Source: Polyangiaceae bacterium
Lineage (GTDB): Bacteria > Myxococcota_A > Polyangia > Polyangiales > Polyangiaceae
DNA length: 64,000 nt
Assembly: GCA_044376115.1 (NCBI GenBank)
Contig: JBILLK010000007.1
Location: forward strand, 224,001 to 288,000
Direction of reading: 5' to 3'
The notes beneath the pieces are model-generated. The model saw nothing but the letters and a program-made list of their open reading frames with translations. It did no database searches and was not told the origin of the DNA. A program made the position numbers and the translations under genes. Of the stretch, positions 19,947 to 29,539 are shown piece by piece. How positions within the stretch are numbered: the stretch's first letter is position 1; every line of letters starts with the position of its first letter.

Positions 19947-21653
19947 ATGCAGCTCGCCAGCTTCTACTTCGCCCATGAGGCCTGCTTTTTGATCCCGGTC
20001 GAGCACCTCGGAGAGGCCGGAATGTCGGACGCGTATTGGCACGAGCTGGCCTCGCGTGAGCTGGTCCCAGCGGGCTTTCGCGCGGTCTTTGATGCGGCCT
20101 ACCAGCGGATGCGCGCGCGTATGAGGGCGCTCTCGTCCGCGGCGCCAGACTACTTTCCACCCGCGCGTACGCTGAACGTGGTGGTGCTGCGCGATCCGAA
20201 GTTGCACGCCTTTTTTCAGCCATTCGAGGGCATGTGCGCGCTGGTTTATGCCAGCGATTTCGATCTCGCGCAAAGCAGCGTAGCGCACGCCGAATACCAG
20301 CTGGTGGTCGCCGAGCGGGTGGTGCAAACCCGTAAGTTGTGGCGTGCCACGCTGGCCGCTTTGCCGCACCTGCTCGCGATGAACGAAGAGGAGGCGGCGG
20401 ACTTCGTCAGCGGAGCCGAGCGGTCGACGCGGCCGGATCGGGGGGCCGCTGCGAGCGTAGCGGAGCGGCTGGCCGAGCTGCGTGCCAACGTCGAGACCGA
20501 AGGCTTGCGCGAGCCGAGCGAACCGGCCGAGGGCTTTGCTCGGGTCAAGGGCACGCCGCTCGTGATCGCCAAGAGCTTTGCCCCCACGGTCAATCGCTTG
20601 GCTGCCGCGGTGGAGAGCGAGGTGGCCATGCTGCTCGCGACGAGGCAAGAAGCCCAGCAGGCGGTGCGACCGGGGGATGAGCCGCGCGCACGCGTGCTGG
20701 CCTACGTGAAGGGCGATCGGCCGCAGGTGTTGATCGCGAACGGCGAGGGGGAGATCGTCTGGCGGCCCGATGCGAGCGAGGCGACGGCGCGCTTGGAGGC
20801 GGAGTTACCGAGCCTCGGCAGCGCGGTGGCCGACAGCCTGATCGCCGATCTGTGCGTAGCCGACCAAGTGACCCGTTGGTTTTACCAACAGGTGAGCGGC
20901 GCGGCCGAGCTCGCCATTCCCGGCGTGCTCGAGGAGGGCGGCGGGGTCTACCTGCACCATCAAGCGCGCATGATCGTTTACGCGCTGGAGCAGCCAGGCC
21001 TCGCTCCGCTCGCTGAGGAGGCCATGCCCTACCATCGGCTCAACCTGCGCGCGCGAACGATGCATGAATGGGGGCACGTGGCTGCAACAGCAGGCCTCGT
21101 CGACGTCCCCGCTGCGCGACGGCCTGCGTTCGAACAGGCGCTGAAGAATCTGGCGAAGGCCTTCTCCGAGATCGTCGGCACGCTTTCTGGGGAGGCGCGC
21201 GTCAACGCCAACGAGGAGCTCCTGCGTATGCGCGAGCAGGGCGATCGGCTGGAAGACCTGGCCTTTGCGCGATTGGAGGATTACCGCGCCAACCTGTTGA
21301 TGAAGCGGCTGATGCCGCCCGAAGTGCTGGAGGCGTACGTGCGCAGCAACGTCCGTTCGCTGCTGCTCGAGGAGGTCGCGCCGCTGCGCAAACTCGCGCG
21401 TTACGCCTACGAGGCGCAGTACCTGTGGCTGTCCGGGCTCGAGGACCCGTGGGACTACTTCGCCCGTTCAACCTACTTTTTGGAGGAGTACGTGCACTCC
21501 GGCTTCACCAGCGAAGAGGCCTGCAAACGGCTATTTGAGGCCATGCGCGGATTGTGCGCGTGTTACGAGGTGGACGCGACGAAGGTGAGGGCTGCAACGC
21601 TTACGGAGCAAGCTGGTCCGAGCGCTGATCAGGCTGGTCCGTGCGCTGAGTAG
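19947..21653 (+). CDS. Hypothetical protein with HEXXH zinc-metallopeptidase motif
   Basis: RTMHEWGH plus downstream RLEDYRAN; no signal peptide. Confidence 0.65.
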   Translation: MQLASFYFAHEACFLIPVEHLGEAGMSDAYWHELASRELVPAGFRAVFDAAYQRMRARMRALSSAAPDYFPPARTLNVVVLRDPKLHAFFQPFEGMCALVYASDFDLAQSSVAHAEYQLVVAERVVQTRKLWRATLAALPHLLAMNEEEAADFVSGAERSTRPDRGAAASVAERLAELRANVETEGLREPSEPAEGFARVKGTPLVIAKSFAPTVNRLAAAVESEVAMLLATRQEAQQAVRPGDEPRARVLAYVKGDRPQVLIANGEGEIVWRPDASEATARLEAELPSLGSAVADSLIADLCVADQVTRWFYQQVSGAAELAIPGVLEEGGGVYLHHQARMIVYALEQPGLAPLAEEAMPYHRLNLRARTMHEWGHVAATAGLVDVPAARRPAFEQALKNLAKAFSEIVGTLSGEARVNANEELLRMREQGDRLEDLAFARLEDYRANLLMKRLMPPEVLEAYVRSNVRSLLLEEVAPLRKLARYAYEAQYLWLSGLEDPWDYFARSTYFLEEYVHSGFTSEEACKRLFEAMRGLCACYEVDATKVRAATLTEQAGPSADQAGPCAE

Positions 21654-21696
21654 CGCCAGCCGCCAGCTTGCGCCGCCCGCACGCCTGCGGCGCGGC

Positions 21697-22242
21697 TCAG
21701 AAGCCGCGTTTGGCGAACAGCTCGAGGTGTTCGAGCTCCGCGGGGCTCGATTCACGTCCGAGCACCGCGTTGCGAAACGGAAAGCGGCCATAGCGCTCGA
21801 CGACCTCGCGGTGCTTTTGCTCGTAGCCGAGCAAGTTCGCATCACCCAGCGCCGTGTAAAGCCGCACCGCCTCATCGTGAATGAGCAGCGACTCGGAGTG
21901 CATGAACGGCAGATAGAAGAAGGGCCGTCGGACCGCGTCGAGGGCGAGGTCCGCGCCTGCGCGCACGGCCTCTTGCGCCAAGGCCAGCGCCATCGTGTCG
22001 CTGGCGAAGGCGCGCGCGTTGCCGCGGAAAAGCTGGCGGGAGAACTGGTCGAGCACGATCACCTCGGCCAGCCGGCCCTCCGCGCTATCGCGCCAACCAA
22101 AGGCCTCACCGCGGGCGACCTGGCTATGCAGCTCGCCGAAGTTGGCGGCGATCGCCTCGTCAAAGGCCTTTGTACCGGCGAACCAATCGCTCGGGCCGTG
22201 GTCGACGAACCAGAATTGCAGCACGGTCTCAGCTTCGAGCAT
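21697..22242 (-). CDS. DUF924 family protein
   Basis: VLQFWF, IVLDQFSRQLFRG, FFYLPFMHSE, YGRFPFRNAVLGRES. Confidence 0.9.
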   Translation of the reverse strand: MLEAETVLQFWFVDHGPSDWFAGTKAFDEAIAANFGELHSQVARGEAFGWRDSAEGRLAEVIVLDQFSRQLFRGNARAFASDTMALALAQEAVRAGADLALDAVRRPFFYLPFMHSESLLIHDEAVRLYTALGDANLLGYEQKHREVVERYGRFPFRNAVLGRESSPAELEHLELFAKRGF

Positions 22243-22331
22243 GCTGCTTGGTAGCAGATTGGCCGGTTGTGAGGCAGCCAGAGGTGGCGGCGGCGGTTGA
22301 CGATGGCCTTCGTACGTGGCACCCGTCGACC

Positions 22332-23315
22332 GTGAACTTCCTTCGCTCGCTGCCACGTCCTTTCTTGGGCCTCGCGTTGGCGTTGGCGCTCGTTCCGGGG
22401 GCGGCCAGCGCGCATGAGGAAGAGGCGGCTGCGCCGAAAAAGCCTGCGGCCGTCGTCGAGGCTGCCGCGCCGGAGAAGGCCCCGGCGAAAGACGCAGCCT
22501 CGCCGAAAGACGCAGCCCCGGCGAAAGACGCAGCCCCGGCGAAAGACGCAGCCCCAGCGAAAGACGCAGCCCCGGCGAAGGACGCAGCCCCGGCGAAAGA
22601 CGCAGCCCCGGCGAAAGACGCCGCCCCGGCGAAGGACGCAGCCCCAGCGAAAGACGCAGCCCCGGCGAAGGACGCAGCCCCGGCGAAAGACGCAGCGGAA
22701 GGGAAGGCGCCGGCGGTCGAGAAGGCTGCAACGCAGCCGAAAGCCGCTGAGGAGTCGCCGCCGAAGGTCGCCACGAAGGACGCGAAGAAGTCGCTTAAAG
22801 AGGAGGACGTCCGCAGCCAGCCCTCGACCAAGCATCTGCAAGTCGCGGCTCGCAGCCTCAAGTTGACCAAAGCCTCGCGCACCAAGCTGCTCAACATCGC
22901 GGCGCGTTATCACGCCGCGACCGGCAAGAAGTTGATCATCACCGGCGGTGACCGCGACGCGAAGACCCAGGCCAAGCTGATGTACAAGAAGCTCGAGCAT
23001 GGTGAGGACCTGCTGGCGCTCTACGTGCGCGATGATCTGGTGAAGCTGATCATGAACGCCTACGAGAACGCCAAAACGGCCAAAAAGCACAGCGAACGCA
23101 GTGTGATTCGCGCCATGGCCAAGGTGATTCAAGAGCAGACCGAGCAAGGCGAGTTCGTCTCGCGGCACCTCGAGTTTTCGGCCGCAGACGTTCGCTCGCG
23201 GGACCTGCCCGAGTCCCACGTGGACGCGTTGCGCGCCGCTGTGCGCGCCGAGCCGGGAGTCCAGTTGGTGGACGAGCGGGACAGCACGGCTCCTCATTTG
23301 CACCTGAACCTCTGA
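22332..23315 (+). CDS. Secreted M15-like (D,D-peptidase fold) protein with AKDAAP repeat stalk
   Basis: Signal peptide ASA; ITGGDRDAKTQ, SRH...AADV, PHLH zinc-ligand pattern. Confidence 0.7.
   Translation: MNFLRSLPRPFLGLALALALVPGAASAHEEEAAAPKKPAAVVEAAAPEKAPAKDAASPKDAAPAKDAAPAKDAAPAKDAAPAKDAAPAKDAAPAKDAAPAKDAAPAKDAAPAKDAAPAKDAAEGKAPAVEKAATQPKAAEESPPKVATKDAKKSLKEEDVRSQPSTKHLQVAARSLKLTKASRTKLLNIAARYHAATGKKLIITGGDRDAKTQAKLMYKKLEHGEDLLALYVRDDLVKLIMNAYENAKTAKKHSERSVIRAMAKVIQEQTEQGEFVSRHLEFSAADVRSRDLPESHVDALRAAVRAEPGVQLVDERDSTAPHLHLNL
22485..22700 (+). repeat. Coding tandem repeat, 12 x 18 bp (GCGAARGACGCAGCCCCG)
   Basis: Read directly; encodes (A/P)KDAA(P/S/E). Confidence 0.95.
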
Positions 23316-23320
23316 GTTCG

Positions 23321-24286
23321 GTGGTGCGACGCAAGCTTGCGTGGCTCGCGCTCGGTTTGGGTGCGGCTTTGCTCACCGCCGTTGGCGTGCTGGCCGTACG
23401 CCGCTCGCCGACCTCGGGCGGGCAGGAGCGGGCGCTGGCGGAAACGCCCGCAGCGCCGCTCGGCAACGCGAACGAATCCCTGCCGCGCGACAAACCGCTG
23501 CCCGAGCCCGTGGCTGCGCCAGCCGGCATGCTGCGCGTTCCCGGAGGCAGCTTCACGATGGGCGCCGAGCGCGGTGGTGAGGCCGATGAACGGCCGGCCC
23601 ACGCGGTGAGCTTGGCGAGCTTCTGGCTCGACGCGACCGAGGTAACCAACGCGGCTTATCAGCGTTGCGTCGATGCGAGCGTTTGCCGCGCGCCCGATCC
23701 GACCAGCTCCGCCGTTTACCATCTGCCCGACGCGAAGTTTCGCGGCCCGCAGCAGCCGGTCAATGAAGTGAGCTTTGATGACGCGCGGGCCTACTGCGCC
23801 TTCGTCGGCAAGCGTTTGCCTAGCGAGGCCGAATGGGAGCGCGCGGCGCGCGGCGATGATGACCGCCGCTTTCCCTGGGGCAACGCGCCGATTACGCCGG
23901 AGCATGCGGTTTACGAGCGTCAGTTCACCAGCGAGGTCGGCCGGCACCCGGCGGGAAATGGTCCTTACGGCCATGCCGATCTGATCGGCAAGGTGTGGGA
24001 GTGGGTGGAGGACGAATACGATCCGTACGCCTACCGTCGCGCCAGCGCCGCGCTCGGAAAGCCCGGCAGTTGCAAGGAGATCCTGAACGCGCTCGACGAG
24101 CTGCGTCGCAGCGGCCAACAAGGCTTCACCGGCAGCAACCCGCTGCCCAACGAATGCGAGCATGTGCTGCGCGGGGCCGGCTTCAACTACCAAGCCAAGC
24201 ACATCCGCATCACCAATCGGGTGCACCACCCGGGGCGTATGCGTTTGGTGATGGCCGGCTTTCGTTGTGCGTTGGATGCCCGCTAA
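23321..24286 (+). CDS. FGE-sulfatase (SUMF1) domain protein
   Basis: VPGGSFTMG, TEVTNAAY, KRLPSEAEWERAARG, DLIGKVWEWV, GFRCA. Confidence 0.9.
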   Translation: MVRRKLAWLALGLGAALLTAVGVLAVRRSPTSGGQERALAETPAAPLGNANESLPRDKPLPEPVAAPAGMLRVPGGSFTMGAERGGEADERPAHAVSLASFWLDATEVTNAAYQRCVDASVCRAPDPTSSAVYHLPDAKFRGPQQPVNEVSFDDARAYCAFVGKRLPSEAEWERAARGDDDRRFPWGNAPITPEHAVYERQFTSEVGRHPAGNGPYGHADLIGKVWEWVEDEYDPYAYRRASAALGKPGSCKEILNALDELRRSGQQGFTGSNPLPNECEHVLRGAGFNYQAKHIRITNRVHHPGRMRLVMAGFRCALDAR

Positions 24287-24396
24287 ATGCGCGCGGCTGA
24301 GGCATTGCGCCCCAGCTGCTTCGGGTCGCACCAAGCTCCGCTGGTCTCTTCACGGCCTTTCGTTGGTCTGCGCCAAAAACAGCCGCGGCCTCAGCA

Positions 24397-25179
24397 TTGC
24401 AGAGCGAAGGCTGGAGGCCGCGTTTGTTGCAACGACCATCTCTCGAAGAACTTTGGGGCTCAGCCCGAGTGGGCCACGAGTCTTTTGACCCTGCGCGGCT
24501 TCGCGGGTTGCCCGAACCGGCTGAGCGCTATTTGCGCCACGCGATCGTAGTTGGCACGCCGCTCTTTTCGGCCGTTCGGCTTGAGATGCATGGCACGATT
24601 CGGCTGCGCAACGACTGGCTTCCGTTTCGCGCGACGCAGGTGAACTGCTGGGAGCGCGGCTATGTTTGGCGCGCTGACGTGCGCTTGATGCACCTGCCGA
24701 TCCTCGGCTCGGACTGCTGGTTCGGCGGGCAGGGCACCATGCGCTGGAAGCTGTTCGGCTTGTTGCCGTTTATGACCGCGAAAGGCCCGGACATCACGCG
24801 CTCGGCGGCCGGGCGCCTCAATGTCGAGGGCCTGTGCGTTCCAACGGCGTGGCTGGGTTGCGACGTGCGTTGGCTCGAGGGCGCGCCTCCGCAGCACGCC
24901 CACGCGCTGATTCAGGCGCATGGCGTCGAATCGAAGCTCGAGCTTGGTTTGAGCGCGCATGGGGCGCTCGAATCGGTGGTGATGTCGCGCTGGGGCAACC
25001 CGACTAACTCGGGTTTCCACGAGGCGGCGTTCGGCGGGCTGCTCGGCGACGAGCGCTGTTTTCAAGGCGTCACCATCCCCACCAGCTTTCGGCTCGGTTG
25101 GTTTCCGGGGACCTCGCGCTTCAACCAACCTGGCGGTGAGTTCTTTCGCGCCACCGTCGATCGCGTGGAGTTCCGCTAG
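24397..25179 (+). CDS. DUF6544-like hypothetical protein
   Basis: LPEPAERYLRHAI, WLPFRATQ, G.MRWKLFGLLP, IPT...GW pattern. Confidence 0.6.
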   Translation: MQSEGWRPRLLQRPSLEELWGSARVGHESFDPARLRGLPEPAERYLRHAIVVGTPLFSAVRLEMHGTIRLRNDWLPFRATQVNCWERGYVWRADVRLMHLPILGSDCWFGGQGTMRWKLFGLLPFMTAKGPDITRSAAGRLNVEGLCVPTAWLGCDVRWLEGAPPQHAHALIQAHGVESKLELGLSAHGALESVVMSRWGNPTNSGFHEAAFGGLLGDERCFQGVTIPTSFRLGWFPGTSRFNQPGGEFFRATVDRVEFR

Positions 25180-25191
25180 ACTCGCGCGTCT

Positions 25192-26313
25192 GTGACCTCG
25201 CGAGCATCGACGGCTGCGGCATGCGTCGCCTTCTTGAGCGCGCTCGCGAGCTGCGGCCAGACGCCGCCACTAAACGGCTCGCCGCTTCCCAGCCTGGTAT
25301 CGACCGCCGCGGCGGTATTGCGTCCACCCGGCCCGGCGCCGCAAAAGCGCACGCTCGACGTCGTAGCGGCCAACGCGGCCTGCGAAGGCTGCCACCAAGA
25401 GATCGCGCTCGAATGGCGCGGCTCGCTGCATCGCGAAGCCTTCACCGATCCGATGTTTCAGGCGCAGTTCGAACTCGAGCCGTTTCCCTTTTGTTCGTCG
25501 TGCCACGCTCCCGAGGCCGAGGTCGGGGTGCCCGTCGCGGGGGTGCCCGTCGCGAGTGCGGAGGCCGAGCTCGGTGTGGGTTGCATCACCTGCCATGTGC
25601 CGGAAGACCAGCTCTTAGCGGCCGACCAAGCGCCAGGGCTCCTCGCTGCGCCGCATCCGATCGTGCGCACCACGCTGCTGCAACAAGCGGCGGCCTGCGC
25701 AGGCTGTCACGAGTTCGCCTTTCCAGACCAAGGCGCGCGCTCGCACCCACTGTTGATGCAGTCCACCGTGCAAGAGCACACTCGCGAACGTGACGGCGGC
25801 TGCAACGACTGTCACATGTTGCGGGTGGAAGGGCAGGGCGGTCGGACGCATCGTGACCATCGCTTTGCTGCCTCGCGCGACGAGACGTTGGTTCGCTCAG
25901 CGGTGCGCTTCGACCCGCCGCAGCTCGAAGCGGGCGTCTTTCGCTGGCGGCTTTTGCGCGGGGAGACTTCGCACGCCTTTCCCACCGGGGATCTATTCCG
26001 CCGCCTGCGCCTGGAGATCGAACTCTTCGCCGAGGGCGAGCTGCGCTCGCGCCAGGAGCGCGTGTTCACGCGCAGCTTCGGCTTTGAGCGCAAACCGAAT
26101 CACCTCCCGCAGCGCGTCGAACGAGCGGACACGCGGCTGTTCGTGAACGCGGATGAGGCCTTGATCGAAGTGCCGTTGCGCTCGCCGCTGATGGGCGATC
26201 GGCTGCGCTATCGCTTGCTCTACGAGCGCGTGGCCGACCCTCGGATCCAGCGGGATGGCGCGCCGCTGATCGAAGGCACCATCACCGTGGCCGAGGGCGA
26301 ACTGCGCCTCTGA
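25192..26313 (+). CDS. Pentaheme c-type cytochrome lipoprotein
   Basis: Five CxxCH motifs (CEGCH, CSSCH, CITCH, CAGCH, CNDCH); LASC lipobox; HAFPTGD. Confidence 0.85.
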   Translation: MTSRASTAAACVAFLSALASCGQTPPLNGSPLPSLVSTAAAVLRPPGPAPQKRTLDVVAANAACEGCHQEIALEWRGSLHREAFTDPMFQAQFELEPFPFCSSCHAPEAEVGVPVAGVPVASAEAELGVGCITCHVPEDQLLAADQAPGLLAAPHPIVRTTLLQQAAACAGCHEFAFPDQGARSHPLLMQSTVQEHTRERDGGCNDCHMLRVEGQGGRTHRDHRFAASRDETLVRSAVRFDPPQLEAGVFRWRLLRGETSHAFPTGDLFRRLRLEIELFAEGELRSRQERVFTRSFGFERKPNHLPQRVERADTRLFVNADEALIEVPLRSPLMGDRLRYRLLYERVADPRIQRDGAPLIEGTITVAEGELRL

Positions 26314-26347
26314 ACGTTGCTTTGTGCGCCGGGCGAAGAATCAACGC

Positions 26348-27538
26348 TCAGGGCGCTTCCGGCGCGGCGGGCTTGCACTGCGCGAGGTCGCTGGTGCGCA
26401 CGAAGAACTGGCCCCCTCGCGGGGAGAGACGCTTGGAACGCAGCTGTACGCCGGTGAGTGCTCCTCCGTAGGCGGTCAGATCGAAGGGTGTGTGTGCGTC
26501 CAGGCTTCCGATCACCCGGCTCAACGGCCCGACGGTCATTATCACCGGTAACTGCTCGGGGCAGACCCGACTCTCGAGTACCGGGAGCGCGCCAAAGCCC
26601 CTCCGGCTGCTGGCTCGCCCCAAACCGCCGACCCCGCCTTTGCTCAGCGAGAGGCTGTCGCTGAGCACCCAGCCGACGACGTCCCCGCTCGGAAAGGCCA
26701 CCGCCACGCGAGCCCAGGCTCCGAGACTGTCCAGGCGGTTCACCATATGAGGTTGTTCGCTGCGGTCGATCTTCACCGCTGGTTTGCCTTCCGGTGCGCT
26801 GAACAGCACGAGCGGAGCGGTGAGCATGCCCAACGTCGCGACCTTTTGCGTGCTGGCGCCCTGCAGACGATCGAAGCGACTCGTCGAGAGCGAAAGGCCG
26901 CTGCAGCCGACCTCGCTTTGAGCTGGCTGCATGAAGCGAACGCCTTCGGGGGCCTCCGCCGAGACCGTGGGCTGCCCCTTCTTGGCCTCGCGCCAACGGA
27001 GCGGCGTCGTCCCGTCCGGGATGAACACCCCGCCAAGCAGGAGCGGCTGTGAGGCAAAGAGTTGCACCGCCTCGAGCTTGAGATGACCGCGCAAGGTGAT
27101 GCCAGCGTCGCTGAACTCACCCGTGATCACCGCCTTTTCAGCGAGGCCCTCGCTGAGCGCGACCCGAGCGTTCCAGCCAGCCGCCAACTCGAAGGCCGGC
27201 TCACCGTTGGGGCTGAGCGCCGCCAGCACGCTGCCTTCGAGTGGCCACGACGGCGAAGCGAGCTCACAGGCCGACTCCTTCGGCCACTCGAGCGCTGGAG
27301 GTAGCGGCGCCGATTCTGCGATCTGCGGCGCTGCTGGGCTCGAGCTCGCCGCGAGGGGCGTAGCGGAGCTCGAGGCCGAGCTCGACCCCGCAGCTGACGA
27401 CGAACTCGCGGCGCTGGACGCACCGCCGCTCGACGAGTTCAGGTCGCCGCTTGGTGCTCCAGCCCCAGCGCAGCTCGCAACTCCGATCAAGGCCCAGGCC
27501 CAGCGCACGACGCCTCGGGGCCGAACGCGCGTACTCAC
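26348..27538 (-). CDS. Hypothetical lipoprotein
   Basis: GTG start overlapping upstream stop (GTGA); VASC lipobox; Ser/Ala linker. Confidence 0.6.
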   Translation of the reverse strand: MSTRVRPRGVVRWAWALIGVASCAGAGAPSGDLNSSSGGASSAASSSSAAGSSSASSSATPLAASSSPAAPQIAESAPLPPALEWPKESACELASPSWPLEGSVLAALSPNGEPAFELAAGWNARVALSEGLAEKAVITGEFSDAGITLRGHLKLEAVQLFASQPLLLGGVFIPDGTTPLRWREAKKGQPTVSAEAPEGVRFMQPAQSEVGCSGLSLSTSRFDRLQGASTQKVATLGMLTAPLVLFSAPEGKPAVKIDRSEQPHMVNRLDSLGAWARVAVAFPSGDVVGWVLSDSLSLSKGGVGGLGRASSRRGFGALPVLESRVCPEQLPVIMTVGPLSRVIGSLDAHTPFDLTAYGGALTGVQLRSKRLSPRGGQFFVRTSDLAQCKPAAPEAP

Positions 27539-29058
27539 GGCTTGGCGACGGGCTGGGCACAAAGCATGGCGGTGCGCAGCTTTGGATCGGCCTTGGTCAA
27601 GGCCTCGTCCAGCTGGTGCAAAAGCTCCCACTCTGTGCCTTGCACGCCAAAGAACTCCCAGCCACCCTCGCGCGTGGTGCGCAACATGCTGCGATCGAAC
27701 TTCTTGTTCTTCGCGAGCATGGCCTCGAGCTTGGCGTAGTTCTTGGGCGCTTGCTCGACCGGCCCTCCTGCCAGCACGAGGAAGTGGTTCGTGCAGCGGG
27801 CGTCCATGGCTGAGGTGCGCATCGGCTCGAGGTCCGGCGAGCCGCCGCGGAGCACACTGCGTTTGCGTTCGGCGACCAAGGTCGCCGCATCGTACTTCAT
27901 GGCCTTTGCCGGCTTCTTGCTCGAGAGCAAGCGCTCCCCCTGGCTCGCCCACAAGGTGCCTGATTCATCGACCAGCAGGTTGGAAACCTGCGAGCCTTCA
28001 GGCCCCAGCAAAGGCTGCCACGGCTTGTCCGGGGCCGTGCGAAAGACGCTCTTGTCCTGTTCGAGTCGCAGCTGGGTACCGTTCTTGAGCGTCATGATTC
28101 CTGCCGCGTCCTTCGTTCCGGTGGCGACCCAGCGCTGCGCCGTATCGAGCTTGTACTCGGTGCCACCGACGGTGAGGCGGGCGTTGCCCAAGGAGCTCTC
28201 CCCAGAGATCTCGATGGCGGTTTCTTCGGTCAACGTGACCTCGGTCGTGAAGTAACTCGGCTCGCTGACCTCGGTTGGAAACACCAACGTGCCGAGGCCT
28301 CCGCCTTTGAGCCGGCCGACCACGATCGCGAAGCCGCGCTCGGAGACGAGGCTAACTTCGGTGCGGAAGCCCGCAGCAATCAGCTCTTTTTCGCGCGCTG
28401 GCGGAATCACCGGCACCGTCTTCTTGTCCCCTTTGAGGACGCGGAAGGAGGGCAGGGAAGGCAACTCCGGGTCGCTCCACAAGAGCTGCCTGTTCTCGGT
28501 GCGCAGCTCCACCCAGCGGTTGCCGGGCCAGCGGTCGATGCGCGCGCCAATCCCGCTCGCAGGTGGGACCGCTTCGACTTCCCAGCCGAGCGCGCCCGCC
28601 AGCCCGAAGTAGCGATCTTCGGCTCCCCCGCGAAAGCCCGAGACCACGTGCAGCTTCAGGTCCGGCCGTTGGCCCCAAAGCTCGACGAAGCCGGCACCTG
28701 TCGTATCGGCGTAGGAGATCTCCGGGGTCTCGTTGGCGAAGTCGGGCAGACCGTCCACCAGCGGTACATAACGAAAGGACCCCACCGCGCCGCCCCCCGG
28801 GTCCACGCCGACCCGCAGCCAAACCCCGTCCACCACCTTCTCGAGGTCCAAGAGCTCGGGCACCTCGGCGACGAGGTGCATCTCGAGGCCTGCTTCGGCT
28901 GCGGGTGTTGCGGAGGGTGCAGCTTGCGCCGAGGCGGTCGCGCTCACCAGGGTGGCGCTGCTCGTCGTTACCGGCGCTCCGGTATCGCTAGAAGGAGCGC
29001 CAGCACAGGCACAAAGGAGCGCGCTTTGCGCGATGAGCCAAAGAGGTCGAGTTCGCAT
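27535..29058 (-). CDS. Hypothetical lipoprotein (beta-rich)
   Basis: ATG 29058; LCAC lipobox; Ser/Thr/Ala linker. Confidence 0.65.
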   Translation of the reverse strand: MRTRPLWLIAQSALLCACAGAPSSDTGAPVTTSSATLVSATASAQAAPSATPAAEAGLEMHLVAEVPELLDLEKVVDGVWLRVGVDPGGGAVGSFRYVPLVDGLPDFANETPEISYADTTGAGFVELWGQRPDLKLHVVSGFRGGAEDRYFGLAGALGWEVEAVPPASGIGARIDRWPGNRWVELRTENRQLLWSDPELPSLPSFRVLKGDKKTVPVIPPAREKELIAAGFRTEVSLVSERGFAIVVGRLKGGGLGTLVFPTEVSEPSYFTTEVTLTEETAIEISGESSLGNARLTVGGTEYKLDTAQRWVATGTKDAAGIMTLKNGTQLRLEQDKSVFRTAPDKPWQPLLGPEGSQVSNLLVDESGTLWASQGERLLSSKKPAKAMKYDAATLVAERKRSVLRGGSPDLEPMRTSAMDARCTNHFLVLAGGPVEQAPKNYAKLEAMLAKNKKFDRSMLRTTREGGWEFFGVQGTEWELLHQLDEALTKADPKLRTAMLCAQPVAKP

Positions 29059-29140
29059 GGCGGCAAGAAGTATCAGGCCGCCGAGTCGACTCCAAGTGCA
29101 CCGCGGTATCACCGCGCGAGCTCAATCGCTGGTTTTGGGG

Positions 29141-29443
29141 TTATTGCGGCAGCTCGTTCGGCAAACAAACGATGCGCTGCTCAGCCGACTCAGCCGGCGG
29201 CTTGACGCACTTGCCTTGGAGCTTCTTTTCGTTTTCGCCCTCCTTCATCGTGGCCTCGCAAGCGTCTCCCTCGGCTTTGCCTTCGCAGGCTCCGATGAAG
29301 ATCTTGGCCATCTCATCGGCCTCTTGGTTGCCGCTACTAGCCGGCGGCTCTTCCTTGGGGGCGGCGGGTTCTGCGCCACCACCACCGCACGCCATGAGAG
29401 CCAACATCGAAAGAACCGAACCCAAACGAAGGATGGAAATCAT
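29141..29443 (-). CDS. Small 4-Cys lipoprotein
   Basis: LMAC lipobox; ACEGKAEGDAC...GKC...CLP. Confidence 0.7.
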   Translation of the reverse strand: MISILRLGSVLSMLALMACGGGGAEPAAPKEEPPASSGNQEADEMAKIFIGACEGKAEGDACEATMKEGENEKKLQGKCVKPPAESAEQRIVCLPNELPQ

Positions 29444-29539
29444 CGCGCAAGGGTCCAATCAACCCCCAGCGCGGGCCAAGCTTTCGGCGTTGCCCTCTTC
29501 CTCTTGAGCGCGGGTGCGCAAAGGGTTAGGCACAGGCCC

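Noticed and set aside
22485..22700. Possible CRISPR array (also 14521-14628 and 39286-40509)
   Set aside because: No unique spacers, units are in-frame codon multiples inside CDS, and no cas genes
22243..22897. ORFs with RLSPGL, CVFRRG, KTQPRR or GAASFA repeats
   Set aside because: Alternative frames of the 18-bp AKDAAP repeat
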